A stretch of 64,000 bases of DNA, from contig CM060731.1 of assembly GCA_030704615.1 (NCBI GenBank), positions 40,362,001-40,426,000 on the forward strand, written 5' to 3'. Under the pieces are notes generated by a model, which was not told the DNA's origin, ran no database searches, and worked only from the letters and a program-made list of their open reading frames with translations. This stretch comes from Takakia lepidozioides (lineage: Eukaryota > Plantae > Bryophyta). Shown one piece after another: positions 50,531 through 64,000 of this stretch (positions within the stretch are counted from its first letter, which is position 1; each line of letters begins with the position of its first letter). Position numbers and translations under genes: made by a program.

Positions 50531-51354
50531 AACAAATCAACTAACTGCCCCCATAGTCAGGCAAGACTTGGAATACCGTAGTATTTTAAGTGATTTTCAT
50601 CAACAGTTTCCAAGTCTATATCAAAATTATTCCCACAGCCCACCGGGTAGGTATGAAGTATGAAGGTAGCTGTATGCAGGGCATGTAAGGAAATCGTGTC
50701 AAAAGTTAGCTTATGTAGTTCACAAAGACCCTGTAATTTGATGCAGCAATGCCCGCTTATGACTTGGTTTACGGATTGCAAACATATTACCCCTATAATT
50801 GTGGATGCTTTTGTTTCTTGTGTTTGTTGTGTGCTCAGGCTCCGCTCACTCTTTACCAACCCCCTAGGTGTACAATGAACTTGCAAACTTCTAGACTCAA
50901 ACTAGAGTCAAGTGCAACTCCTTATGTCCAATCCCACTATTACTTCTGGCTGTCTTGTATTTGTAAAGACAAGGTCCATTCAGAAACAATAAATACTGTA
51001 TGTTTCATAACATGAATCGAGTAGAGACAACCAAACTGCTTCATGATTCACCAAACACACTTCACAATTTGTGCGAAAGTGTACTATCATAAGATATGAA
51101 GAGTTCACAAAGGGCAAGCATATAGTTCAGTGGTTCATTTTTATTTCACAATTCAAAGAGTATATAGTTAAGGAGTGCAGGATGTGTAGTTTGCATATTA
51201 AGGGTCCAGATTATAAAAACAGTGTAGATGATGGATTCTTGTGCTACTTCTCTATCAATACAAACTTGCATTGATGAACTAGTGGAACCTTGGCTAGATT
51301 GTCATTCGAAAATTCCCTCTTATCCCTAAATAGCCAGATTTATGAAATGGTATG

Positions 51355-54300
51355 CTAGTCCACTGGAGGCAGAATGATTAGTTGGCTGAGGACAAGGTCG
51401 GACAAGGTCTTGCCATGACGGTCAAGCCTGCGAGAGCAAGTCACACCTCCATCCAACACGTTTTTTACCACAATATTGAGTGCACTTACTCCTGGAACCT
51501 CATATATATCCACTTGCAAATCTCTGCCCATCGAAGACCTTGGAGACTCTTGAGTTTTATCTATTATCACGATGCCTGGAAAATGTTCCTTAGCCTTCGT
51601 TCGATCCAATGTGCCTTCCAACGCAGATTGAGCCTCTTCATTATATGGTTCAAGATGTAAAGCCTTCACCACTTGTTCCACCCACGCTGAAGTGATAACT
51701 CTGCATAACCGTGCCATATCTGATGGAAAATGAGGAATGACACTCACATTAAGTTGATTTCCTTTATCTCCAGTTCTGCCATGTGCCACGTGATAGAGGG
51801 GGAGCATTACCCCTGCTGGAGCTGGTTGGATGGGGATCCCAGCACAGAGAAACTCACTGCCAGTTCCTGGCCGGCAATCTGGACCCACTATCCAAGGATT
51901 AGGTGTTGACCAAAGGGACCAGAATCAATATTGAAACTCTACAGTTTGACGTGAGTCGATGAAATATAAGTGTACAACAAAGATGATTTCTCTTGCCATA
52001 TAAGAGATTTGAATCATAAGAATCATCTCTTAAGAGATTCTCTTGCCTAGTCCATTGATGTTTGATTCAGGCCCAGCTGTGCTGATTGAGGAATGTGAAA
52101 TTGGAGATGGCCCTTCACTTCCTGCACCATGTTTGACACATGTTTGCCATCTCACTTGCTCCCGTGGCACCTGCATACATCAAAGGGAGCAACACATAGC
52201 GATTTGGAACAGGTGAACAGACTGAGATTCCTGCCAATATTGCTACTCCTTGTTCTCTCCCCATTGGCATCACATTCCACATTCCATGTCTTGGCTCATG
52301 GACACTTCTATCATTCCACAGCCTCTTTAATTATGACTTACCTCTTTCAGGAACTAAAACTCTGGGAAAAATTTGCAAGAAGCAGTGGAGAGCAGGTAAC
52401 ATCATTGCACCGGTCATATGAGAGATGCCAAAATACAACGAAGGACTTAGTTTGATGTGCATCATACCAGAACTTTGTGGAGAATTAACTCCTGGGTATG
52501 CCCTGTTCTGTACACGTTCCATCCCATGACACAACGCCCCACAACTGCTTTCAGCATTCATGTGTTCGTCAAACAAAAACTCTCTGCCGAAAATGAGAGT
52601 CCACATTCTACTGAGTCTTTGTTTGCCTGCCAAAAATGAGCACTCTTGAAATGATGATCTCTATTGAGTGTGTATCATAGGGAAGATAATGACGACACAA
52701 TACACCACAACTTCTCATTTTAACAGTGTCAATGCCAGCATGCTATAGTTGCTAAGGTGCCACCATACCTCCAATTCTCTTTGGTCAACAGGTGATATTA
52801 TTGGCTTTATGGGAGGATTGTCTGGAGGCATTCTCTTGTAGTCCCCACTAACTGTGGTTCACCTGACAAAGCTCTATTCCATTGACCAGGTTACAAACTT
52901 GTGTGGAACATGCTAGTGTCTTCTGCCTGGATCCAGTAATAAATTCCTAAAGTTTGTACACACACCTTATACCACCACCACCTGCAGGGCCATTTGTGTA
53001 GAGAGCTTCAAACTCCCATGTAAACTTTAATGCATGCTCTTGCAGTCTGAACAGCCCATCCATGCGCAACCTCACCTCTGGTGGGGCCGCCAGTGCTAAG
53101 ACTGATGTATCCACAGGGTGGACTTGGAGGCTGTCTAGTCCAATGTAATATGACAGAATGCAATCACCAGTGCCTGGGTAGGTGTCCTGAAGCCATGCTC
53201 TTACCTGCTACACCCGTGTTAGTTGTGCCTCCGAGCACCCTGCCTCAAATCTCATGTTCAAAGCTTAACTCCCAAAAATGTGATTCAATAATACAGATGG
53301 TTTTATTTCAGGGAAATCTAGTGTCTGGATAACTAACGAGGGTCAGGCTTGGGAGCTACTAGTATCTGTTCTAGAACCTCTCATAGCCTGCAAGCAACAT
53401 TAATCACATCTAAACCTCAAAATAACAAAGTAAAACAAGATACACCCCAAGTTTGGATTGTAATTGCAACCAAGAAAACCACATGAAAACAAAGTGACAG
53501 CAAGGTGAGCTTGCCAAATGCTCTGCAGCAGTCGCTCGCTCCAAACATGAAAGGCCGCCATATGAAATCTCTCCCCATCCCTTCCAGCCACAATGCTGCA
53601 GCCAGCCAACATGCTCATGCAACTACGCCGCCAGGGACACGACTGAACGACAGATCACAACCTTTGGCATATACAGTACAGCAACAAACATGAAGTTGAC
53701 ATCATAGGCTTGTTGTGTCCCATCTGTTCTGGAATAGTTTCTAGAACAGATAGAAACCATTGGGCCTCTACCTGTCAGTCATGGCATCGGTTTCCTTGTT
53801 TTTCATCTTTGCTTTCTTTTGAAGTCTGAATGTATCATCTACTCTTGTTCCTCCTTTAAGGTAACCCATATTTCAGTTGAACACTCACTTGAGGAACAAG
53901 GCGGAGAAGTTCTTGGGGAGCGAACTGAAGTGCAGCCTCTGCACCCTCGGCAAGTACCCGATCTTGTGTAAGAGCGTGGAAGGTCACGTTTTTAAAGCTG
54001 ACAACCTGACAAGAAACAAATGAAGCCTTGTAATAACTGACTCTAGTTTAATAGACAATAGAAAGAATTACGTCAAATTCATCTGTAAACGAACAATCAA
54101 GGCACCCTTGCGAGTGTCCTTGCCCATTAAAAAACCTCTTCCCGGTTTCCTTCATAAAATTACTGTTCAAACTTTAGGGTGTGGTAACTTAAACCCAGAC
54201 GGATGATGAGCTGGTCTACCAAGACTCGAGAGCCTTACAATATCTGGCGTGATGTAAGCTGCAGGGTCGCCTATCTCATAAAGTAGTTGTTGTGCACATG

Positions 54301-57300
54301 TGGCAACACTAAGCTCCCCTCCACTGTTATCCGCCTTACCCAGGACCACCTCGCCATCCCATCTCACATCAGCGAAAGGCAGTGATATATGCAGTAGCTG
54401 CTCCACAGTGAAGGAGCGATGTGGATCAACTGTCAAAGTATACATCCAGACAAGAACACTGCTGATTTTAATAATACCAATTATGAGGTAACTATATGCA
54501 TCTGTCCTGTCATACAGTTAACTTGAGGCTGCAAGCCCATGAGAAGTAAACACGTCGGACCTCACAACCTCAAGGGATGCCTTCCAAGTCTAAGTTTGTT
54601 TAAGCTAGGAGTGACGCCGTACCAGCAGAACTGATAGCATTACCAACAAGGAAAGAAGTTGACTGACCAGAACAACCAGCACACATTAACTTACCAGGGT
54701 GCATGAAGTACCCGCCAGTCAACTGGCACCCACATTCCAGTAGATGGCCAACAAGTGTTCCTTGGGCAAGATGCCCCCACTCTTGCCAATTCCAACCCAA
54801 CTCGTACACCTGCACCATGCACATGCCTTCTACGCCTTTCTCACACAGATGTGATGCATTTCTTTCCTTCAGTACAACTCGACTAACCACTGGTCACCTT
54901 GCAACACGTCCACTGCATATATCTTTAATGGGTGTCTGTGGTGGACAAACTCGATACAGGTGTTACAGCAGACCTGACAACAGAAGTCTCAAGCTGCCTA
55001 TAAACATGCCATGAGTAAGCCATAAACACTGGCAGACACAGTACCATGGGTGCTAGAAAAAGTGCTGCATCAGCCACACGTGACGTGATAATGATGTCTG
55101 GTTTGCAAGTCTCAAGTGCATGCACTATAGGGGCTGCCCCCAGGTATGTGCTGTATCCCTGCATCATATAATGAGCATGATAGATGTGAGCACAAATTAG
55201 AAACTTTGAGCTTGAATCCTATACATTAAAATCAAAGAAGTAGTAGACCATATCCTTACCTTTTCTATTTTTCTTCTTTGAGGAAAATGGGAAGAACCCC
55301 AGATCAATACTTATAAACCTTCAACACAACCTTACCAAGCCAAGAAAAGCCCGCCACAGCAGGGCCAGATTCCGTGGTGAGGCCCTCACCACTTCATTAA
55401 TAAGTTACCAGGCCTCTTATGCAACAAAAAATCAAGACCACAATTAGGCCTGTCTTGATTTATATTGTGTCGTCTTGATGACTTTTTGTACTACTGGATT
55501 TGGTGAACATGTTCATCAAGGCAGTCTTCATACACTAATCTTCACATTCAAGTTATGCTGAAGCTCAAGTGGTACTAGCAAAAATGAAGACAAAAGGGCA
55601 GGTGGGAGTACTTTAGGAGAGAGAGAGGAGGTTTGTTACATCCACATGAGGCACACACTGGTGTGTGGGGCCTAGAGAAAGTAGGACATCAAGGGAAAAC
55701 CAAAACTGTGTCAAAAAAACCCCAAGGGAGAGAAAGGAAATGATGCTCTGCGATGTCCACGGAAAACTACAACGAGTTAAGTCAAATACTCGAACGGCGG
55801 CAGGAGTCTGACACAATCATGAACCAGTAACGAGATTATGGGACAAGAGAAAGCTTGAAACAAGAAAGAGAACGGGGCCCCAACAAGCAGCCCAAAAGTT
55901 CACAAGTTCACAAGCCCAAGGGGACGTCTAAGATTGAATGCCTCATGCAGATATGCTGCCAAGCACTTCTGATCCTCGTAGTGGAACACCGCTGTGAGGG
56001 ATTACTATCTTGGAATAGACAATAGAGAGAACAAAAGAAAGAAAGAATTTAAGAGAGGAAGCATGATGGCCAAAGGACATACCCCAATTTCATCCCTGGA
56101 GAAAGTCATGTCAGAGGACCCTGCAACACATGGATCAAAGCAAAACAATAGAAAAACAGATTCAGCTTTTGAGAAAGGGTGGTGGCTGTAACCAGCAGAA
56201 ATCCAAAACAGATCTGTCCAAAATAGTTTGAGAAGCCCTCCGAAAGGAGGACATGATGGAACCTGACTGAATGAGTAGAGTCCATACTGCTCTAGTGAAC
56301 ATCTTGAAATGTCAAGTATCATCACAACAGAAGTCATTCACCAGCATTTGACTCACAAAGCTCGTGGGCAACAGCTACAGTGATAGTCAGCCCCAGCTCA
56401 GAAGCCACCTTCAGCACTTCGTCTTGTGCACCCAAAGGGTCCACTGCACCACCAGCCCCACTATCACATTGCATCCTGTAGCATTCATATGCAACCTGTC
56501 TTTAGAGCAAGGGCAGTTTCGACAATCCACAATTAACCACAGGCCAATTTGGAGAAAAAAGAAACTTTCTACACAGTAGTGATGTGTCATGCCTCGAGAG
56601 AAGGAAACAACTTGCCAAAATCACAATCCAATGAGGAGGTACAAACTCACTGGCACCCATGTTGGTGATCAAACATACTCCCTTCTTCAAAGCCACAGGA
56701 AGAAGCACTTGCATCCAATCCACAACTGCAACACATATTCCATCCCGCTAAACCAGAAAATAAGTACAGAGAGTGGAGTAAATATGCAGCATTGAGACCT
56801 AGGAGGTAAAAGGAACCTCCTTCTTACTGTCAGGTCTATCACATCATTTGGTCATCAGTATGAGAGCTTCTTGGAGCTGATTTGTTTTCATTTCACAAAT
56901 GTGCAAACCATAGATTGACTTAAAAGCAGGCTTTATAGTGCAGAAAACATTCAAAAGAGTCCAAAAATATATATTCAACATGTCCTCCTATACTTGAATC
57001 AAACAGTGATTTGAGTCTACCATTGACTTCTGAACTCTTTCCAAACACCAAAATAACCAGGAAGAGAGGAACTTGTACTCCGTGAATCATAGCCCTTGCC
57101 ACCAGCAGCCATAGCCTCATAGCGGGCTGCCAAGGTGCGCTCCGCCAGACACTCCAACACTAGGTAGTGCATGTCAGGCACCCTGTTCAGCAGCCGAAGG
57201 GCAGCAGCTGGTCGATCGCCTGAAAAGCCGGCACCACAGCCTATGCGCACCTCATCTCTGTACCGGATTGGCCTATTCCTCTGCACCGCAGGTTAGACTC

Positions 57301-57457
57301 CATCACTTTTTACAAGCCAAAAAATATCATGTGCATTTGAAGGGGTGCACTTCCCAGGAACTGAGCAATTCTCCATTGCATTCACATCTAAGGGAGTTGC
57401 ACAGAGCAAAGCACACACTAACTTGCTCTTAGATTCATCCTCATACACCTCGACCAT
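51355..57457 (-). CDS. AtuA-like (DUF1446, acyclic terpene utilisation family) protein with C-terminal AtuA-associated domain
   Basis: MVEVYEDESKSKL (57457-57419) | RIGCGAGFSGDRP...YLVLECLAERT (57280-57079) | LITNMGA | STYLGAAPI...IITSRVADAALFLAPM | GHLLECGCQLTGGYFMHPG | QQLLYEIGDPAAYITPD | GEISYGG | LYTNGPAGGGG | AHGRTGDKGN...LDGGVTCSRRLDRHGKTLS. Introns are GT-AG. Confidence 0.92.
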
Positions 57458-58399
57458 TCTCTAACAAATTAAGCATCCAACATCATTTGTGCAATTCTAC
57501 AGTATACTATCACAATTTAAGAAGAGCCCTTCTTGGAGCAATGCCTGGCTCACGGTGAATAGTGAGGTGATTCCCAGGGCAAGCTGGTGTGTATGGTCTG
57601 GAGTCGCAATGTTTTAAATTTCCACCTGGGCTCCCCATCAAAGCCCAGACAGAATGTCCTATTGTTGACCAAGCTTACAGAGACCCATCTTGAAATCAAA
57701 TTACCAAGGTCAACCAGCAGTTGACATTTGACTAACAAAAATGTGCCAGAGAAGTTATTGCTTCGAGGTTCGCCAAGGTAGCCCACTATCGGTGGGTGCC
57801 CAGGGACCCGCTGCATCTCAAGACAATAATAATACTTTTTTCCTCACCAGTTGACAGGTGCAAACACCAAAGGTGCACTCTGCTCGAGTTCTCGGCTGTC
57901 AGATGAAATTCTTGGGCAATAGGAAGGATGTCTATTCAGAGTGATAAAAGCAGTGTTGGAAGAACAATCCCTGGAAATATGTCCTCACAGAAAGGTCCAG
58001 ATAAGCGAGGGAATTCTCTTGGCCCATCCAAACGTGATTCTGTTGAACTCAAATGTTAGCTTCCAAAATCTGTGCGCATTCCCTGGGATATTGGCTCACC
58101 TCAGGCGCACAACATTAATGACTACGAGATTTACGTTACGAAATCAAATTGATGAGGCATAAGAAGAGAGCACCCACCAATTGGACTGATGCATCTTGCA
58201 CGCAGCCGGCCTCCATCGTCTGCTCTCTCACAGCTTCAATCAGACCAGACTTCCCACAAGCGTGCTACCAGCCACTTGAGGCATTAATAAGTCTACGTAG
58301 AAGAAATGTCCATGTCTATGTTCCTCTCCTCGGGTTTCTCTACACTAACAACCCACACGGCAATTGGCTCTCTTGCTTTGGTTTGGCACAACAGAAGAG

Positions 58400-58531
58400 G
58401 AAGGTAAGACTAGGGAGCATGACTCAGCACAACATACCAATCAGCGCCTTGACACGGTGTAAGGTACTTCGACCACATTTGCTTGCATCTCTCCGCAAAG
58501 TCTCTCTCTACAAGAGAGCCAACAAATAACA
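58400..58531. repeat. LTR-like fragment homologous to ~27030-27175
   Basis: Shared GTAAGACTAGG(G)AGCAT, GCCTTGAC...GTAAGGT...GACCACATTT and AAGTCTCTCTCTACAAGAGAGCCAA. Ends in ACA. Confidence 0.65.
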
Positions 58532-58603
58532 TTCGTGCTTTCCTCACTGTAGGGACGGCGGAAGGTTAGAGACTAAGTGGAGCATCTATGGGGGTCATTC
58601 TGC

Positions 58604-58740
58604 CATGTCATTGTTGCCACGTTTCATAGGCCACATCATCAACGTCATTTTTAAGCGGCCTGAAAAAGACGTTGCCATGTCATGATCGCCACGTTTCATA
58701 GGCCATGTCATCAACATCATTTTTTAAGCTGCCCAAGAAA
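58604..58740. repeat. Two-copy ~70-bp tandem duplication containing GCCACGT
   Basis: CATGTCAT...GCCACGTTTCATAGGCCA...TCATCAAC...TCATTTTTAAGC occurs twice. Confidence 0.8.
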
Positions 58741-59859
58741 AACAAACCTGAAGATGAAATCATTTATGTCAAATCTGCTCTAATATACTTTTTTTTTTTC
58801 CGGTCAGATCTTGGCCAGCTATCGGAGCATATGTTGCGGCCACAGACGCGAAGGAATCGAAGTACTCTCCATCTCAATTTGATAGACTCAGGGTATAAAT
58901 GGAACAGGTGTTACTGACTTCAATGTACCCGTGTCTCCAAGAGGGTCCTAGATTCACAGTACCGAAACAGTTTTCTTTGACATGAGAACCACTTGGACAA
59001 GCACAGTGTCTACAGGGGAGCTACTAAAACACATGTACACAAACACTTGATATGGACAACGTCTGGATGATAATACTTCAATCGCAGCCTTTTGTAGTTC
59101 AGATTTTTCTTTGGATCCCTGCATCCCAACACTGCTTTCCCATCTCTTCTTCCAGTCTGCTTTCCCTCATTGCAGGGCTGGTAACGATTAACTTTTCGGC
59201 CTATCTGTGACTTGCTGTCCACGTTGTGGTCTTGGACCTTTGAAAGTGATTAGCGTGGTCTCCGTCTCCCCACTCTTGTACGCAGCGTAAGGTGCCATGC
59301 TTTTGGCTCACATGTTTATGCTTCCAAGTGCAGTTCCTACAGTGATTCCAGTGGACATCTCAGCCCTGTGGATCCCCCTTTCTCCTCTTCCTGTGATTAA
59401 GGGGCCTGACGTGTGAGCCGGCGCTCCCTCTAAGAGAGAGAAAGCAAGAGAAGAACAAAGAAAAATGCATGGCTCTCCATCTCCTTTCCATCTCAGAGGA
59501 AGCCCTAAAAACAAGCGGCTAGTTACCTCCTCCTTTGTGTATTAGGGGAATCTACTTTCATCTACTTTCATCCATGATTACTTTGAATTCTTGTCGTCTG
59601 ATGAGGTTTCATCCTCTTCTATGGTCACTTGTTCATCCATATCATCTTCTTGTTCATCAACAAGAGTTCAAAGCTTCACACAGACCGCCATTTTCTTCTT
59701 GTCGCTGCTCCGAGTCAGGCTGCACTTCTCTGTTTCCAGACCGTTTTGCTGGTGCTGCTTTCTTGGAATTGACACTGTTTGATTTTGTGTGTTCAGACTT
59801 CTACTGGAGTGAGGATTCTGGAATTTTTCTAGGAGATTGGAATCAGGATCAGCGGCGTT

Positions 59860-62800
59860 ATGTTGGGCAGGCTGCAGCAGGATTCCATGGAGCAGGTTGA
59901 TAATGATGAGGAGGCAGAAGATGAGAATGATGAGAAGTATTTGTTAGGCATTGTGGAGGTAAATGTTGTTGGATTGCAGTATTATCACGGTAGGGTGACT
60001 GATGAAGAGATGGTTGGATTGATTCGCGAGCCAGACAATGCTTATGACAAGAATGCAGTTCGGGTGGTCAACATCCTTGGCCAGCAGATTGGTCACATTG
60101 AACGTGGCAAAGCATGTCATTTGGCACCGCTCGTGGACGGAGAGCTGGCAGTGATTGAAGGGATCGTTCCTCGTGGCAGCAAGAACAAGTTCAGGATGCC
60201 ATGCCTTGTGCACATTTTTTGCAAACCTGAGCATGAAAAGACCGCCTTGATGCGCCTACGTCGAGCTGGCATTGTGTTGTCTTCAGGTGGTCGGGGCGAC
60301 GAGAGCATGCCTTCGCAAGGGTCGGCAAAGACGGCTGGAAAATCAAAGAAACAGAAACAGAGCCTCGACGATGTCTTTTCCATGCTTGCACAGGGGTCTG
60401 GACAGCGGCAGACCATGGATCCATCGCCAATTATTTCTTCTTGTATGTTCTCCCATCAGAAAGAGGCACTTGCATGGATGGTGCAAAGGGAGAATTCCTC
60501 CAAATTGCCTCCTTTCTGGGAGATGCAGCGAGCTAGAGGCAACAAGAGTGTGTTATACAAAAACACAATCACAAATTTCTCCACGGAAACTCGGCCGAGT
60601 CCCCTGCGCGGTGGAGTTCTCGCTGACGACATGGGCTTGGGTAAAACTTTAGCATTGCTTGCCCTTATTGCCACCAACAGACCAGGAGCCATTCTTCCTC
60701 CGCTTGTCAATGTATGCCAAGTCCCAGCAGAACCTACTGGTTCCAGGCCTTCAAAAAGAAGGAAAGTGGATGCTAAGGCGGAGGCTCTGAAGGATACTGT
60801 TGATTCAAGCTTTCCCCCTCAGCCCAATGGTCCTCGCGCAACCCTGATTGTATGTCCACTGTCTGTACTGTCTAACTGGTCGACACAGCTGGAGGAGCAC
60901 ACTGCACCCGACAGCCTTGGAGTACACCTGTATCATGGTTCTGATCGCATCAAAGACCCAAAACTCCTGCGTGATTTCGACATCGTTTTGACTACTTACA
61001 ATATACTGGCGACAGAAGGCTGCGGCGAAGCTTCCCCTCTGCAGAAAGTTCAATGGCTTCGAGTAATTTTGGACGAGGCCCATCTCGTGAAGAGCCCCAA
61101 GGCTCAGCAGACAAAAGCGGTGGTGGCGCTGAAGTCTGAGAGACGTTGGGCTGTAACGGGCACACCTATACAGAACAGTGCAAGGGATTTGTTCAGCTTC
61201 ATGCAGTTCCTGAGATTGGAGCCTCTCGATGAAAGTTCCTTCTGGATTCGCACAGTTGAGCGTCCTTTAATGAGTGGAGACCCAAGCGGTCTGGCACGCC
61301 TGCAGGTAAGCATTTTAAGTAGGAATCAACCAGGAGTTTTTTTAGTCAGCTTTATTAACATTCAGGATTCAGAAAAACAATAGCTCAATTTCTCAAAAGC
61401 AAGCAATGCAATTCACGCACCACTAAATTTCCTCCTGTAGCACTACCTTGGAATTCTTCCTTTGCATTCATGGAGTCATTCAATATCTCAGGAATTTCTT
61501 AACTGTAGTCTTTCAATACTGGATATCTTATCACCCACTCAGAATGTGAAGGACTGGTGGGATGGACCCTTCAGGCTTTGATGGTAGCAATAGCGCTTAG
61601 GAGGACGAAGGATATGCAGATTGACGGGCACAGGCTGGTGGAGCTACCCCGAAAAACTGTGACGATGCACACTGTGGAACTGTCTGCCGAGGATCGTGAG
61701 GTGTACGACAAAGTTGAGGAAAATGGCAAGGAAGTAGTTTCTCAGTTTATGAAATCGGGAACTGTTCTTCAGAATTATGCCACGGTGTTGCAGATTATAC
61801 TGCGTCTCCGACAAATCTGTGACCACTCTGCCCTGTGTCCAGCTTATAGTGAAATGCTCATTGCAGCATCTGATACAAGAGGTACTGTCTTCTGATCTGA
61901 ATTTATCAAAGATTTCCTTGAAGTTGCTCAAGTTTCAGATACTCCATATTTTACTTTCTTATGGCACAACCCGGAGCTGCTGATTTGAACACATTTGTGT
62001 ACAATTATCCTACTACCTCGCTGCACATATATGTTGACAAGGAAACACTCATATGACAACTCAGTACATTGCTCAACCAAAATCCGGCCTATTGGCCCCC
62101 TTTCTTGCAAGGACTATGTTATATTGCAAAGCTCTTGGAAAGAAAATTTGTAGAAGTGAGTAAAATTCCATGGATGGCGAAAGGGAGAACTGTGGGTACT
62201 CACTCATGATCTCTGTGATTTGCAGATTCGATTGTTCCGCCGCCAGAGCTGCTACAGAAACTCCTTTCCGTTTTGCAGAGTGGTGATGACTTCGATTGTG
62301 CAATCTGCCTGAACCCACCAATAAACGCTGTCATCACACCCTGCGCACATGTCTATTGCCATCGTTGTATTGAGAAATCACTGACCCAGAACAAGCAGCA
62401 GTGCCCTATGTGCCGTTCAGCTCTTGCAAGCTCAGATCTCATGGCTGCCCCTAAGGAGGAAAACAGCCAAGATTCTGAGAAAACTGATGCTCAAGCAACC
62501 ACAAAAACTAGTGCCAAAGTTGAAGCTCTTATGCAGCTTTTGTCTGAAGTGAGGACAAAGGACCCTTCTGAGAAATCAGTCATTTTCTCACAGTTTTCGC
62601 AGATGTTAACGTGTTTGGAAGGACCCCTGAAGGATGCAGGCTTTGGCTATGTGCGGCTGGACGGCAGCATGACAGCCAAGAAGCGGAAGGCTGCCTTGGC
62701 AGCCTTTCAGTCGAGTGACCCTGACAGCCCAACTGTTTTTTTGCTGAGCTTAAAAGCAGCAGGAGTGGGCCTGAATCTGGTGGCTGCATCACGTGTGTTT

Positions 62801-63040
62801 ATGATAGATCCATGGTGGAACCCTGCTGTGGAAGAGCAAGCCATGGATCGTGTCCATCGGCTGGGCCAATCCAGAGATGTAGAAGTGGTGAGGCTGGTGG
62901 TGTCTGACAGCATTGAGGAGCGCATTTTACAACTGCAAGAACGTAAGCGCCAGCTTGCAACATTTGCCTTTGAGAAGCGGTCAGCTGAGCAGCAGCGCTC
63001 GATACGGATTCAAGACGTGAAGCTTCTCATGCACATGTAG
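59860..63040 (+). CDS. HLTF/RAD5-like (SMARCA3-like) HIRAN-SNF2-RING helicase, 3 exons
   Basis: Exons 59860-61305, 61575-61881 and 62226-63040. HIRAN (VVGLQYY...REPDNAYDKNAV), GGVLADDMGLGKT, ILDEAH, TGTPIQN, C3HC4 RING (CAIC...CAHVYCHRC...CPMC), IFSQF, LSLKAAGVGLNL, EEQAMDRVHRLGQ. Confidence 0.95.
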
Positions 63041-63839
63041 TCACAGTCAACGATGTCGTGGTTTGACTGAACCTGCTAACCCCTTGTTAGGAAGATGGGA
63101 CACACTCCCAGCATGTGGAGGCCAAGACACTCCTTATTCGTGAGTGGTAATATGACTCTAGTTCAAATGCAGGGCTGCATAGTGCTCAGACAGATCACAA
63201 TTTTGACATATGAGTGGGCCCCCATTATGCTGAAACCCCACTGCTCTTATGAGCTGTGGGGTCAGTGTCGTCGGATCACATTGATACCGAAGTATCAACT
63301 TGCTCCATCTTGCTCATACTCTGAAGCTACCCAACTCAGACATTGGTTAGTGAATCCCCCTTGAGTGACCTGTCCCCACTGAATTCTTGTACTTGTACAG
63401 AAGCAAGTAGTTTTGGAATCCAACTAGTTACGCTGTCATTTCACCTGTTTCCTCAAGACTGTAAAATGTTACTAAACAAAAAGCTCCACATTGCAGGGGC
63501 CTTTGAAAGTAAAGATGACAATCTCACAAAGCAAAATATACACAAGACAGTACCCAGAGACACCCTTCAAGAGTACTACAGACGACCTTGCCCCATCAAA
63601 CACTAGGTTGGTCTGAAATTGGTGAAGCAATCTAAACCCCTGAAATAAACAGGCCAAAGGGCCCACCTCTGACCTGCTTAGCTCAGTTTTAATGCCCCTG
63701 AAGAAAAGTGCAAACCTCCTCAGAGTTCTGAGTCATGCGAAAATATTATCCGGAAGGCATGATGTTCATCAAATTGAATAATCCTTCATTCCTAAAGCGT
63801 GATCCATGTTTTTGGCCCGCTAATATTGTAGAAGCATAT

Positions 63840-63886
63840 ATCCCATATCGTTTGCCCGTAACGAGGTTAACTTTTTTACTATATAA
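63840..63886 (+). promoter_or_regulatory. Plant snRNA promoter: USE (ATCCCATATCG, 63840-63850) and TATA (TATATAA, 63880-63886)
   Basis: One mismatch to the plant USE consensus RTCCCACATCG. TATA starts 28 nt upstream of the U1 5' end. Confidence 0.85.
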
Positions 63887-63907
63887 GGCCCCCGCAAGCT
63901 AGGAGGT

Positions 63908-64000
63908 GTACTTACCTGGGCGGGGTCTATCGGTGATCCGGAAGGTTGATGTCCTTGGGCGACCTGTCCCATTGCACTACGGCACGGGTAGCTCTAGCAT
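63908..64000 (+). ncRNA. U1: U1 snRNA (5' part; truncated by window end)
   Basis: (G)TACTTACCTGG 5' splice-site recognition sequence; stem-loop I with GATCCGGAAG loop; stem-loop II with U1A-binding ATTGCAC; upstream USE and TATA. Confidence 0.92.

Noticed and set aside
57314-57376. Alternative first exon for the AtuA-like gene (MENCSV...)
   Set aside because: It needs a 33-nt intron; the 57457-57419 exon fits better.
51355-57457. AtuA-like gene as recent bacterial horizontal transfer
   Set aside because: It is intron-rich and the family is already known in land plants.

Overview
Eukaryotic nuclear DNA from a land plant, probably a non-seed plant such as a bryophyte (inferred from the PLS-PPR style and intron structure). 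The left ~30 kb is an accessory, rearranged zone. It holds a Ty3/gypsy gag-protease remnant abutting a degenerate antisense ORF with internal repeats, a 5'-deleted RPS12 pseudogene head-to-head with a SEC-C-motif gene, and two convergent arrays of near-identical, broken PLS-class PPR (RNA-editing factor) triplets at 8.5-12.7 kb (+) and 20.3-25.6 kb (-). Between the arrays lies a mosaic of isolated exons from unrelated genes (CDC20, PTI1 kinase, SET protein, ALY/LIN9, SEC-C, DPB4), followed by LTR-like pieces and a hAT-type MITE. The right ~34 kb is ordinary gene space: pectin acetylesterase (-, 12 exons), a SETD3-like methyltransferase (-), an AtuA/DUF1446 gene (-), an HLTF/RAD5-like SNF2-RING helicase (+), and a U1 snRNA gene with USE and TATA cut by the window end. 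Most interesting: (1) the inverted PPR cassette arrays, which vary at RNA-recognition code positions and share lesions; (2) the exon-capture mosaic; (3) an animal-type SETD3; (4) the antisense repeat protein in the retroelement. All calls come from manual reading and no database searches were run.
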